Origin: a virus
IMG/VR virus record: IMGVR_UViG_3300009149_000022
Location: 9,727 to 73,726 of that record
Direction: 5' to 3' (one strand)
Length of the DNA stretch: 64,000 bases
Below are positions 9,532 to 19,097 of the stretch, piece after piece. A program made the position numbers and the translations under genes. Positions within the stretch are counted from its first letter, which is position 1. Each line of letters begins with the position of its first letter. The notes beneath the pieces were generated by a model. It was not told where the DNA came from, searched no databases, and saw nothing but the letters and a program-made list of their open reading frames with translations.

Positions 9532-11190
9532 ATGAAGTTAATTAAGTTAGAATATAGAAACTTTAATTCATACGGTAATAAGGTTACTACAATTGACTTC
9601 ACTGACAAAGGTAGTATGATTATGCTTATCGGTCAATCTGGACATGGTAAATCTTCTGTAAGAGAAGTTGTGTCTTATTTGATTTATGGTAAAGTACAAG
9701 ATAAAAAACTAGGAGATTTACCCAATAGAGTTAATAAATCACTTTGGGGTAAAATAACTTTAAGTGCAAAGGGTTCAATTATTACAATTGAAAGAGGTAT
9801 TAGTCCAAAAGTATTAGAAGTTACAATTGATGGTCAAATTCAAGATGTTGCTGGGAATAGTAATATTCAAGGTATCATTGAAAATGATTATATGAAAATC
9901 CCACAATCCACGTTTGATAATGTTATTTCGATTTCGGTTGATAAGTTCAAATCCTTTTTGACAATGAAACCATCTGACAAACGAAAGATATTAGATCAAA
10001 TTTTCGGTATTTTGTTTTTCAATAAGATTCACGATTCTTTAAAAGATCAAGTAAAGGAATTCAGTTCAGATATAAAAAATTTAGATGGTCAAGTTAGGGT
10101 TTTGTTAGAAAACAAAAAGTCAATAGTCGAAAAGATAGAAAAAATAGATAAAGAAAAATCTAAAGACATTACGAACAAATTAGAAGAAGTTGTTTCACAA
10201 GTTAATTTATTAAACGAACACTTGATTGAATTAAATGAAAAATCAAAAACGGTTTCAGAAAAATCAAACACAGTATTTGAAAAAATGAATACCTTAAACA
10301 AAACTAAAACTGATTATGGATATAAGATCAAAGATTGTAATCACAAATTAGAAATTTATAATAATGATTCTTGTCCAACGTGCGGTTCTGATTTAACTGA
10401 TGATATTCATAAAAAGTTCCAAGAAAAGGTTAAGGAAGATAAAGAAATGTTTGAATCTAAATTACTTGAAACAGGAACAGCAATTACTAAACTAAAAGAA
10501 GTCACCGTAAAAATTGATAATAAAAAAAGAGAACTTAACGATTCTATTTATGACATTAGATTAAATTTAGATAAATTAAAATCTACACAAGAATCTTTGT
10601 CAAAACCAAAAGAAGAAAAAAGTGAATTCGATTCGGTTTTACAAAATACTATTAATAAGATAGACAGTATTCTTTTAGACATTGAAAAAAATAAAAAGAA
10701 CGAATATCTATATACAGAACTCAGTAAAATTTTTGGGGAAGATGGTGTGAAGTTACAAATAATGAAAAACTTCTTACCCAGTTTTAATAAATCTATAAAC
10801 GAAATAAGCAAAAAATTACATTTTCCATACAAAATAGAAATAGATGAAAAATTTAACAGTAAATTATTATCTATTGGGGAAGAAATAACAGCTAAAACGT
10901 TAAGTACTGGAGAAAGAAAAAAAGCAGATTTCGCTGTGTTAATTTCTTTAATTCATATTATGAAAAGAAATTATCCTAATATAAATCTTTTGTTTTTGGA
11001 TGAAATTCTTGCTAGTATTGATTCGTATGGTGTGTATGAGATGTTAAGTCTAATCCGCACGGTTGTTGATGAATTAGATTTAACGGTATTTATCGTAAAT
11101 CATTCGGAATTGCCCAAGGAAATGTTTGATTTTATATATTCTGTTAATAAGGTTGCAGGGTTTAGTGAATTGGAGATAAATCCTTGTTAA
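9532..11190 (+). CDS. gp46: Recombination ATPase subunit, Rad50/SbcC-like (gp46)
   Basis: NFNSYG, GQSGHGKSS, coiled coil with CPTC zinc hook, LSTGE signature, LFLDE. Confidence 0.94.
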   Translation: MKLIKLEYRNFNSYGNKVTTIDFTDKGSMIMLIGQSGHGKSSVREVVSYLIYGKVQDKKLGDLPNRVNKSLWGKITLSAKGSIITIERGISPKVLEVTIDGQIQDVAGNSNIQGIIENDYMKIPQSTFDNVISISVDKFKSFLTMKPSDKRKILDQIFGILFFNKIHDSLKDQVKEFSSDIKNLDGQVRVLLENKKSIVEKIEKIDKEKSKDITNKLEEVVSQVNLLNEHLIELNEKSKTVSEKSNTVFEKMNTLNKTKTDYGYKIKDCNHKLEIYNNDSCPTCGSDLTDDIHKKFQEKVKEDKEMFESKLLETGTAITKLKEVTVKIDNKKRELNDSIYDIRLNLDKLKSTQESLSKPKEEKSEFDSVLQNTINKIDSILLDIEKNKKNEYLYTELSKIFGEDGVKLQIMKNFLPSFNKSINEISKKLHFPYKIEIDEKFNSKLLSIGEEITAKTLSTGERKKADFAVLISLIHIMKRNYPNINLLFLDEILASIDSYGVYEMLSLIRTVVDELDLTVFIVNHSELPKEMFDFIYSVNKVAGFSELEINPC

Positions 11191-11201
11191 TTAAATAGGA
11201 T

Positions 11202-12002
11202 ATGGAAAAATATAACAATTATCAAAATAAAGATAATGTTTTGTTTAGAAACATCATTGTGGGTACTTTATCAGCATTGGATGACAGAATATTTTGGGAT
11301 AACGTAGTTGACAATGAAAAAACTAAGGTAGAAGTACCTGCATATTTTACTATTGCTGGTTCTGAAAGATTTTTAAGTGATATTTTCCTAAATTCTGATG
11401 AACTAAAGAACGAAGGTAAAGCAACAGGTTTGTATAATAAATTTCCAAGGGCTGTGATGAACTTAACGGGAATCACCTTACAAGAAGAATATTTAACAAA
11501 TAAATTCAAAAGGGCTAATTTTATAAAACAAGATTCCGATAATGAGGTTAGAGAATACAATGCTGAATTTATGGAAGCACCTTTTAAAATGGATTTTGAA
11601 ATAGTTATACACGTTGATTCTATTGTTGATATATTCAAGTGCATAAATAGTATATTCACTAATCTTTATAAAAATGTTTATTATTATGTAGATGTGTTTA
11701 GTGTGAAAGTACCTTGTTATTTTGCCATACCACCAGATATAAATAAAGAAAGATTAGTGAATTTTGGGTTATCTGACAAAAAAGAAATTCAAATAACGTT
11801 TCCAATAGAAGTGCAAGCAAGTTATCCAATATTTAAAGAAGATACTGAGATTTTTGCGGGTAATCGAATGAATGATGTATTATATAATATGTATATAGTA
11901 TCTGAAAAAACAGATGAAACCGATTCAATTGGTAGAAACATAACAGTAGAAAAAGATATATGGCCAACAGGTAATAATGAATCGAATTTCTACAACGATT
12001 AA
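11202..12002 (+). CDS. Tail terminator/completion protein (gp15-like)
   Basis: RNIIVG...VP...ERFL...FPRA pattern and PFKMDFEI resemble gp15; late promoter upstream. Confidence 0.6.
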   Translation: MEKYNNYQNKDNVLFRNIIVGTLSALDDRIFWDNVVDNEKTKVEVPAYFTIAGSERFLSDIFLNSDELKNEGKATGLYNKFPRAVMNLTGITLQEEYLTNKFKRANFIKQDSDNEVREYNAEFMEAPFKMDFEIVIHVDSIVDIFKCINSIFTNLYKNVYYYVDVFSVKVPCYFAIPPDINKERLVNFGLSDKKEIQITFPIEVQASYPIFKEDTEIFAGNRMNDVLYNMYIVSEKTDETDSIGRNITVEKDIWPTGNNESNFYND

Positions 12003-12035
12003 ATATATAAATAAGAAAAAATAAAAGACAATAAA

Positions 12036-13415
12036 ATGAGAATTAATGTTATAGAAAAATTCGGACTATATGAAAAATTAAGTGATTTATCTAAGGGTCT
12101 TAACGAACACGAAGAATCTCAAAATATTTGCAACAAGGCTATTCATGATTTGAAAAGTGAGTTCACTGACAATAAATTTAATTTATATCTTGAACAATTG
12201 AAACAATATGATTGGATTACAGAAATAGAAAACTTTATTGAAGATGTTAAAACATTTTTAAATGAAAATAAATATGGTGTGCAACTAGAAAGAGTTATGA
12301 ACAAATTATCTGGTATAAGTGCATATGCACCAATAGTAGAATCAATCAAAGAAATCGTTGCATTAGATGAGTCTGAAATAAAGTCAAAGATATCTTCTTT
12401 GAGTAAATTCAAATTCGAACCTAATATTAAAAAGTTAGTAGAGGGGTATGAACAATTGGAATTCAATGTTCAAAAAACACAAAAAGCTGAAATTACAAGC
12501 GCACCAATAACACCTGTTATGCAATTAGAAGAAGGATTTGTATTTGCATCTAAAAGTGGTAATTATGTCGTATCGAATGACATTACTAAAGTTGAAAAAT
12601 ATGATGGTAAATTAACTAATGAATTTACAAAAGCAAAAGCTGCCTTGAACATATTCAAATATAAAGGAGATAATACTTTTGAAGCTAAATTGAACAAAGC
12701 CACTATCACTTTGACTACTAGTGATGAGGGAAACAAAATGACAGTGAACGAAAGTGAAATTGAAAATAAAACACAATTGACTAAGTTATTGAAAAATGCT
12801 GGTTTGGTAAATTATACCGATACTAACACAAGATCACTAATTGAATTTATGTATGAAAAGGCAAATGAATTTGTAGAAGTTGATTTTGTTAAATCAATAG
12901 AAACCATCAACGAAAAACTAGAAGTGTTTAAGATGTCAAACAACGAAGTTTCTGTTGCAAAATATGATAAGAAAACAAGAGGGTTTGTTTTAGAATCTTT
13001 GGATCTAGAAGACATTGAAGACCTTTCTGAATCTTTGAAAAAAAGTTATGATTTAGATTTCAATAATGTTTTAGAAGGTTTACATATCAATGTTGAATCT
13101 TTAGAATTTAAATCACTAGTAGAAAGTATAGATACATCTAAGGTTATTGATATGACTAAAACAGATGAAATCTATTCTAAAATAGAAGAAGCAAATTCTA
13201 AATATAACGAATTGAATGTTGAAAACAGAAAAAATGTTGAAAACGAATTCATTAAATTACAAGAAAAAGAAAGTATATTAAAAGCTGATGAGGTTTTGTT
13301 CTTAATAGAAACTAAAAAGGCTTTGATAGATAAATTAGACGAAAGTGAAGAATTATCTAAATCAATAGAAATGTTGAATGATGAGTTAGTAACTTTTGTA
13401 ACTGAAAAAGTTTAA
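12036..13415 (+). CDS. Hypothetical head-associated protein with many (L/I/V)xE sites
   Basis: Acidic, helical, late promoter, repeated LNE/VNE/LVE. Confidence 0.55.
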   Translation: MRINVIEKFGLYEKLSDLSKGLNEHEESQNICNKAIHDLKSEFTDNKFNLYLEQLKQYDWITEIENFIEDVKTFLNENKYGVQLERVMNKLSGISAYAPIVESIKEIVALDESEIKSKISSLSKFKFEPNIKKLVEGYEQLEFNVQKTQKAEITSAPITPVMQLEEGFVFASKSGNYVVSNDITKVEKYDGKLTNEFTKAKAALNIFKYKGDNTFEAKLNKATITLTTSDEGNKMTVNESEIENKTQLTKLLKNAGLVNYTDTNTRSLIEFMYEKANEFVEVDFVKSIETINEKLEVFKMSNNEVSVAKYDKKTRGFVLESLDLEDIEDLSESLKKSYDLDFNNVLEGLHINVESLEFKSLVESIDTSKVIDMTKTDEIYSKIEEANSKYNELNVENRKNVENEFIKLQEKESILKADEVLFLIETKKALIDKLDESEELSKSIEMLNDELVTFVTEKV

Positions 13416-13434
13416 CAATTTAAACAATAATAAC

Positions 13435-13464
13435 AAAAGGGAACAATTCAGTTCCCTTTTTTTT
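13435..13464 (+). terminator. Intrinsic terminator
   Basis: AAAAGGGAAC...GTTCCCTTTTTTTT. Confidence 0.8.
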
Positions 13465-13479
13465 AACCCCTTAAAATTC

Positions 13480-14229
13480 ATGGCAAAATCAAGAAATTAC
13501 CTTAATAAAAAAGACCTTTTAGAAGAAATTTACAAATCAAGGGCACAAGATAAATTAACAAAAGAGTGTTTAGATATGTTGATGTTACTTGCACAAAGGA
13601 CAATCAAAAAACTTTACTATAAATGTGAAGATGATAAGCAACACGCATTATCCGAAGCATATTATGACATTTCTAATAATTGGAGAAAATTCAATCCAGA
13701 TTTTGCTCGTTTCCATGGATATGCAAATTTAGAACCGGGGGATGAAATTAGAGTTTATCCAGAAAAGGGTTCCGATAGGACTGCATTTGCTGTTGTTGTT
13801 GAAAATTACCCAATAGAGGATTTAATTACAAAAACAGAAAATGAATTGAAATCAATAGGTATGAAATTAGTTAATACTGTATATGATGAAAAAGAAAAGG
13901 TGTTATTTGTAAATAGAAAACCTACAAAAGAAGAGATTTTGGAAAATGATTTACCAAAGGATTCTATATTAACATATTCTATAGATGCTTCTGAATTTAA
14001 TAGAATTAAATTAGAATATATCATAAAGAAAAACCAAACTGATATTGATATTTTTGATAAAGAAGATATAATCATAAAAGACCCAAACCCATTTTCATTT
14101 TTTACATCAACTTCTATAAATGGTTTTGCCAAAGGGTGGAAAAAACTTTATCCCAACAAATCAAAGGGTATTTTACTCAGCATTGATTCAGGATTTAGTA
14201 CAGATGGTGATGGTATGCATTCAATATAA
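13480..14229 (+). CDS. gp55: Late-transcription sigma factor (gp55-like) with internal insertion
   Basis: NYLNKKDLLEEI N-terminus; FNP and NPFSFFT motifs of the gp55 family. Confidence 0.75.
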   Translation: MAKSRNYLNKKDLLEEIYKSRAQDKLTKECLDMLMLLAQRTIKKLYYKCEDDKQHALSEAYYDISNNWRKFNPDFARFHGYANLEPGDEIRVYPEKGSDRTAFAVVVENYPIEDLITKTENELKSIGMKLVNTVYDEKEKVLFVNRKPTKEEILENDLPKDSILTYSIDASEFNRIKLEYIIKKNQTDIDIFDKEDIIIKDPNPFSFFTSTSINGFAKGWKKLYPNKSKGILLSIDSGFSTDGDGMHSI

Positions 14230-14245
14230 TTTTCTAATACATAGT

Positions 14246-14274
14246 AACCCTATCAAATTTTGATAGGGTTTTTT
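14246..14274 (+). terminator. Intrinsic terminator
   Basis: AACCCTATCAAA/TTTGATAGGGTT followed by a T-tract. Confidence 0.75.
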
Positions 14275-14290
14275 GCTATTAAATACCTAT

Positions 14291-14770
14291 ATGAGCATAA
14301 AGAACTTAAAACCAACAAAAAATGCTAGAACTAAACAGGGGTATTTTTCTATTTCTGAATCTGTTAAATATGTAGGTGCTGTAAAAAAAGTAATTTATAG
14401 ATCATCATGGGAATATAGATTTTGTACTTTTTGTGAAAGAAGTCCAACAGTAAAACAATGGGCATCTGAATCTGTTTGTATAAAATATCATTGTCCTATA
14501 GAAAACCGAATTAAAAACTACTATCCGGATTTTTTAGTTAAATTAACCAACGGTCAAACTTGGTTAGTAGAAGTAAAACCAGAACAAGAATACAAAAACC
14601 CACCACATAAACCAAAAAGAAAAACTAAAAAGTCTTTGTCAAATTATGAATATTTGATGAAAAATTATTTAGTAAATAATTCAAAGTTCAAATCGGCAAT
14701 TGCATTTTGTAATTCCAAAGGGTGGACTTTTTTCGTTGCTGATGAAAAATGGTTTAGACAAAAAAGATGA
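14291..14770 (+). CDS. gp4: Head completion nuclease (gp4-like, TnsA-type)
   Basis: YRSSWE, WASE, YYPDF, EVKP. Confidence 0.9.
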   Translation: MSIKNLKPTKNARTKQGYFSISESVKYVGAVKKVIYRSSWEYRFCTFCERSPTVKQWASESVCIKYHCPIENRIKNYYPDFLVKLTNGQTWLVEVKPEQEYKNPPHKPKRKTKKSLSNYEYLMKNYLVNNSKFKSAIAFCNSKGWTFFVADEKWFRQKR

Positions 14771-15375
14771 TTCTCAAAGAAATTCAAGAAATCAAAAGAA
14801 AAAAGGGATTGCAGATAGCAGAAGATGAAGCATATTCTTGGTTTAAAAAGGCAAAAAAGAATCCTATGGACCCAACTGTGGTTTTTTGTGAAAATCAACT
14901 AATGCAAGTTGGTAAACTAAATCAATTTAGTTATAACCCAAAATTAAAAGATACTTTAGATTACTATGATAAGAGACCACTAGTTTTAAGTTTAGGTGTT
15001 ATTCACAGAAAAAAAAGAAGATATGAACTTGGATTAAATTTAAATTTTATCCCCGCACCATATAAATGGTTCATATTGGACAAAATACAATCTACATACA
15101 GTGGTTTCTTTTTAAGACAAAGAGATGGTAGATCACCCAATAATGCATTAAAACAACCACAAATAATGTATAGGTATCAAGTAGTAAAAGCACTATTGGC
15201 TCAACATGGATTTGAATTTGCAATTAGAACATATATACCAAGTCGAAAATCTAGAGTTTATTGTATAAACTATAACAATTGGGTTGATGCTGCATTTTTA
15301 TCTATTGAAAAGTTCGAAGGTATAACATATAACGAAATGATACAGGAATTTAGAAAATCTAGACTTTCTAGGTAA
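14767..15375 (+). CDS. gp2: DNA end protector (gp2-like)
   Basis: F.Y.PK.K..L.YYD..PLV and GLNLNF motifs; next to gp4. Confidence 0.8.
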   Translation: MILKEIQEIKRKKGLQIAEDEAYSWFKKAKKNPMDPTVVFCENQLMQVGKLNQFSYNPKLKDTLDYYDKRPLVLSLGVIHRKKRRYELGLNLNFIPAPYKWFILDKIQSTYSGFFLRQRDGRSPNNALKQPQIMYRYQVVKALLAQHGFEFAIRTYIPSRKSRVYCINYNNWVDAAFLSIEKFEGITYNEMIQEFRKSRLSR

Positions 15376-15469
15376 TTAAATATATTAAACTAATGGGGTC
15401 GTTTACATACCATCCACTAAAGATGAATGGGTTTACACTACCTTTTATAAATCAATAAAGAAAACAATT

Positions 15470-17086
15470 ATGGCATCTATATTTAATAGAACGGGAGTTA
15501 ATAGTAACAATTCCGATGTTAATAACAAATCATTTAGAAACACAGCACTTAGAAAATTATCAGGTAGGGGATATGATTTCAAAGATTCAGTTATTACAAA
15601 TTCCGAAGCCATAGGTAGTATCGAAAACAAAATAGGATGGGAAGAAAACAATAATTTATTGAGGTATGGATATGATTCTAATAATATGGATCAGTTATAT
15701 GATTTTTCGTATTCTGATGTATATTCTAAAAAGAATATACCATTCTTTGACCAAAACTACCCATCAAAAATAAAACAATTAAGGACATATGCACTACAAG
15801 ATGAAATAGAAATGATCCTTGACACACTTACGGACGAAATAGTGGTTTATAATACCGATAGATATTTTGCTAATATAGAATGGGAAAGTGACCCGAACAT
15901 GAAAGAAGAGTTTTCTGCTATTATCAAAGATAGTTTAAATGAAAACTTTAAGAAGATATATAATCTATTTGGTTTTAAGAACGAAAATTCAGCATGGGAT
16001 TTTGTCAAAAAATTTTTAGTTGATGGGTATTTATCTTACGAAATTATATGGGACAGCAAAAAAATAAATATAATAGGATTTAAAGAATTAGATCCAATAT
16101 CACTAACTCCAAAAATATATGAAGACGGTACTAGAGGATGGGTACAATATCCATTAGATCAAGTCAAAAAAAGAGAGTTATCGGATGCACAAGTTATATT
16201 TCTAGCTTTTTCCGCAATTAATGGAGAAAATAGAGTTTCTTATACCGAAAGACTAATACGATCTTTTAACATATTAAGAATAATGGAACAAACTAGAATT
16301 ATTTGGGCTGTTGTTAATAGTTCATATAAAACAAAATTTGTTATACCCGTTGGTGGTAAATCAAAAACTATGGCAAAACAAACCCTTGGTTCTTTGATGC
16401 AGTCATACAGAGAAAATGTCAATTTCGATAACGAATCGGGAGAGTTAAAGATAAATGGTAAATCTATGATGCCATTTTCAAAAGAATATTGGATACCTGA
16501 AGGTGACCAAGGAACACCAACAATAGAAAATATCGGAAACGACGGTCCAGATATGTCAGATACTGAATCTTTAAAGTATTTTGTTGATAAATTAATACAA
16601 GTATCCAAGATTCCAAGAAATAGATTTGTTAAAGAAGAAAGTCCAACTTGGGAATCATCTCCGGAAGGCTATACAAGAGAAGAAATATATTTTGGTCGAT
16701 TTATAGATAGATTAAGGGGTAAAATACAAGAAGTTGTATTGAAACCAACCATTTTACAAACAAAGAGAGACATTAAAGAATTGGCGGAAGATCCAATGTT
16801 TGATTCAAAGGTAAATTTATCTTGGGTCAAATATGATGTATTTGAAAAATTAAAAGAAACTGAATTACTACAAAGAGAATTAGATTTAATTAGTTCGGCT
16901 AAAGATTCTCTAATTGATTATGATGCAGATGGTAGTGAAATTAGATTCTTTAGTTCTGAGTTTTTGGTTAGGAAATATCTAACATCACTAACAGAAAGTG
17001 ATTTAAAACTCAATAGAAAATTGAAAGAACAAGAAGACAAAAATATAGAAAATTCATTAGACACTGATGACGAAACTGACTTTTAG
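15470..17086 (+). CDS. gp20: Portal protein (gp20)
   Basis: FLVDG, LDP, N.LRIME..RII, EYWIP, KIP..RF, TREEIYF.RFI.RLR. Confidence 0.92.
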   Translation: MASIFNRTGVNSNNSDVNNKSFRNTALRKLSGRGYDFKDSVITNSEAIGSIENKIGWEENNNLLRYGYDSNNMDQLYDFSYSDVYSKKNIPFFDQNYPSKIKQLRTYALQDEIEMILDTLTDEIVVYNTDRYFANIEWESDPNMKEEFSAIIKDSLNENFKKIYNLFGFKNENSAWDFVKKFLVDGYLSYEIIWDSKKINIIGFKELDPISLTPKIYEDGTRGWVQYPLDQVKKRELSDAQVIFLAFSAINGENRVSYTERLIRSFNILRIMEQTRIIWAVVNSSYKTKFVIPVGGKSKTMAKQTLGSLMQSYRENVNFDNESGELKINGKSMMPFSKEYWIPEGDQGTPTIENIGNDGPDMSDTESLKYFVDKLIQVSKIPRNRFVKEESPTWESSPEGYTREEIYFGRFIDRLRGKIQEVVLKPTILQTKRDIKELAEDPMFDSKVNLSWVKYDVFEKLKETELLQRELDLISSAKDSLIDYDADGSEIRFFSSEFLVRKYLTSLTESDLKLNRKLKEQEDKNIENSLDTDDETDF

Positions 17087-17145
17087 ATAAGTGGTGATTA
17101 TAAAAAGATTAAATAATATAAATTGTAGAAAAATTAATTCGTAAA

Positions 17146-19068
17146 ATGAAAGATTTATTATTAATAGAAAAATCCAAATTTTCTGTGAAATCAACAAGTG
17201 ATTCGGATAAATACACCCTAGAAGGTGTATTTACAGAATTTGATTCAGAAAACCGAAATGGTAGGGTATACACAAAAAAAGAATTTCAACCACACTTTGA
17301 TGCACTGAAAAGGGTAGTAGAAGATGGTACTTGTGTTGGGGAACTAGATCACCCAAAACAATTCGAAACTACACTCAGAAACGTTTCTCACAAAATAGAA
17401 GATATTTGGATGGACGAACAAAACAACCGTGTTATGGGTAGAATAAAACTTTTAGATACGGATGCTGGTAAGCAAGCAAAAGCACTAATAGATGCTGGAA
17501 TACCTTTACACATTTCATCAAGAGCCGCTGGTACAGTAACAGAAAACAAAAGTGTTAAAATCCACAAACTATTTACATATGACTTAGTTGACACACCGGG
17601 TTTTGAAAATGCTCGTTTGAAAAGTAGTGTTAATGAATCGTTTGGATTCTTAAATGAAAGCACCGAACTTGATAGATTTAGTGATTTTGCTATATATGAA
17701 GTTCAAAAACAAATTAAGCAAGATATGAACGAATTAAATAATAAAAATAAAGAAATTGAAAAAATGGATTATATCAAGGAAAGTGAATTCAACGCATATA
17801 CCGATTTCACCAAAGAAGCAATCGAAAGTGTTAAAACGGAAATCAAAGAACTACAAGAAGTGCAAGAAAGTATCATCGAACAAAATGATAGTATTGTTGA
17901 TGAATATAGTAATGCTGATTTCAAAGGAAGGTTAGATACTGTTGATGAAAAATTGACTAGTATTGAAAATAAAATTAAAACACTAGAAGAAAGTAAAGAT
18001 TCTGGTAAAGAATTAACTTCTAGTGACGAAACCGTAGAATATCACGTTGGTGATAAATTCGAAGGGAAAGTGATTAGAGCGGTTGAAAAAACTGATGATG
18101 GTAAAACAACATTATATTTCGAAAGTGATGATGATGCAATGATTCTAGAAAACAAAATAGAAGAATCATCTTTGGCAAAACCAGACACTTTACAAGTTGG
18201 ACAACAATATAAAGACAAAGGAACAATCACATCTATTGAAGTTCAAGATGATGGTGGTACTAAAGTATATATAGATTCTATGGATGAACCTATTATTTTA
18301 CCATCACCATCAAAGGTTGATAATATCATAGATGATAAAACTTTACAAGAAAAGTTAGATAACATGGAAACGAAATATGCAGATTTAGAAGCAAAATTCG
18401 AAGCTATGATTAAATGGTCTAATCACACAACAGATACAGTTAGTGCATTAGAAAAGTGGTCAGATCACGCTACTGATACTATTTCAGTGGTTGAAAATTG
18501 GTCAGATCATGTTACTGAAACCGTAACAGGTATAGAAAATTGGTCAGATCATGTTACTGAAACCGTAACAGGTATAGAAAATTGGTCAGATCATGTTACT
18601 GAAACCGTAAGTATGTTAGAATCGGTTGACAATAAAAAAGAAAACGATACCACTAAAATCAACGAAAATAAAATCAACGATTTTAAAGCGAGTATATATA
18701 ATAAACTAGAGAGTATTTTAGAAGATAAGGAGCAAAAGTCTGATAACAACGAATCTCTAAATGAGTCTAAACAAAAATCAGCAGAAAAAAGTGAAGCACC
18801 TTTGTGGATGCAAATGATTCCTGCAAAATACAAGGAAACTTGGGAAAGTTTAGACGAAGTTGAACAAATAAGAATCACTAATCGAGCGAATCTTTTTGAG
18901 TTCAAAACACAATCTGCAATCAAAGAATTTTGGAACAATGAATTGACAAAAGAAAATTTGATTAAAGAGGAAAAATCACAACCGGAATTGAGTGTTGAAG
19001 AAAAACAAGCACATCTCAACGAAAAAAGAATGAAAGCTGTTAACGGATATAAGAACCTTTTCGGGTAA
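17146..19068 (+). CDS. gp21: Prohead protease fused to scaffold/prohead core (gp21+gp22-like)
   Basis: LEGVF, NRNGRVY, GELDHP, VSH, ISSRAAG, YDLVDTPGF, followed by a long acidic coiled coil. Confidence 0.9.
   Translation: MKDLLLIEKSKFSVKSTSDSDKYTLEGVFTEFDSENRNGRVYTKKEFQPHFDALKRVVEDGTCVGELDHPKQFETTLRNVSHKIEDIWMDEQNNRVMGRIKLLDTDAGKQAKALIDAGIPLHISSRAAGTVTENKSVKIHKLFTYDLVDTPGFENARLKSSVNESFGFLNESTELDRFSDFAIYEVQKQIKQDMNELNNKNKEIEKMDYIKESEFNAYTDFTKEAIESVKTEIKELQEVQESIIEQNDSIVDEYSNADFKGRLDTVDEKLTSIENKIKTLEESKDSGKELTSSDETVEYHVGDKFEGKVIRAVEKTDDGKTTLYFESDDDAMILENKIEESSLAKPDTLQVGQQYKDKGTITSIEVQDDGGTKVYIDSMDEPIILPSPSKVDNIIDDKTLQEKLDNMETKYADLEAKFEAMIKWSNHTTDTVSALEKWSDHATDTISVVENWSDHVTETVTGIENWSDHVTETVTGIENWSDHVTETVSMLESVDNKKENDTTKINENKINDFKASIYNKLESILEDKEQKSDNNESLNESKQKSAEKSEAPLWMQMIPAKYKETWESLDEVEQIRITNRANLFEFKTQSAIKEFWNNELTKENLIKEEKSQPELSVEEKQAHLNEKRMKAVNGYKNLFG
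18409..18610 (+). repeat. 42-bp (14-aa) tandem repeat, about 5 copies, ENWSDHVTETVTGI
   Basis: Exact copies at 18493 and 18535, a partial exact copy at 18577, two degenerate copies upstream. Confidence 0.95.
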
Positions 19069-19097
19069 GATTAAATAAAGAAAAATAAGTTGTTAAA

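Noticed and set aside
18409-18610. CRISPR array
   Set aside because: The repeats are contiguous with no unique spacers and are in frame in a coding region
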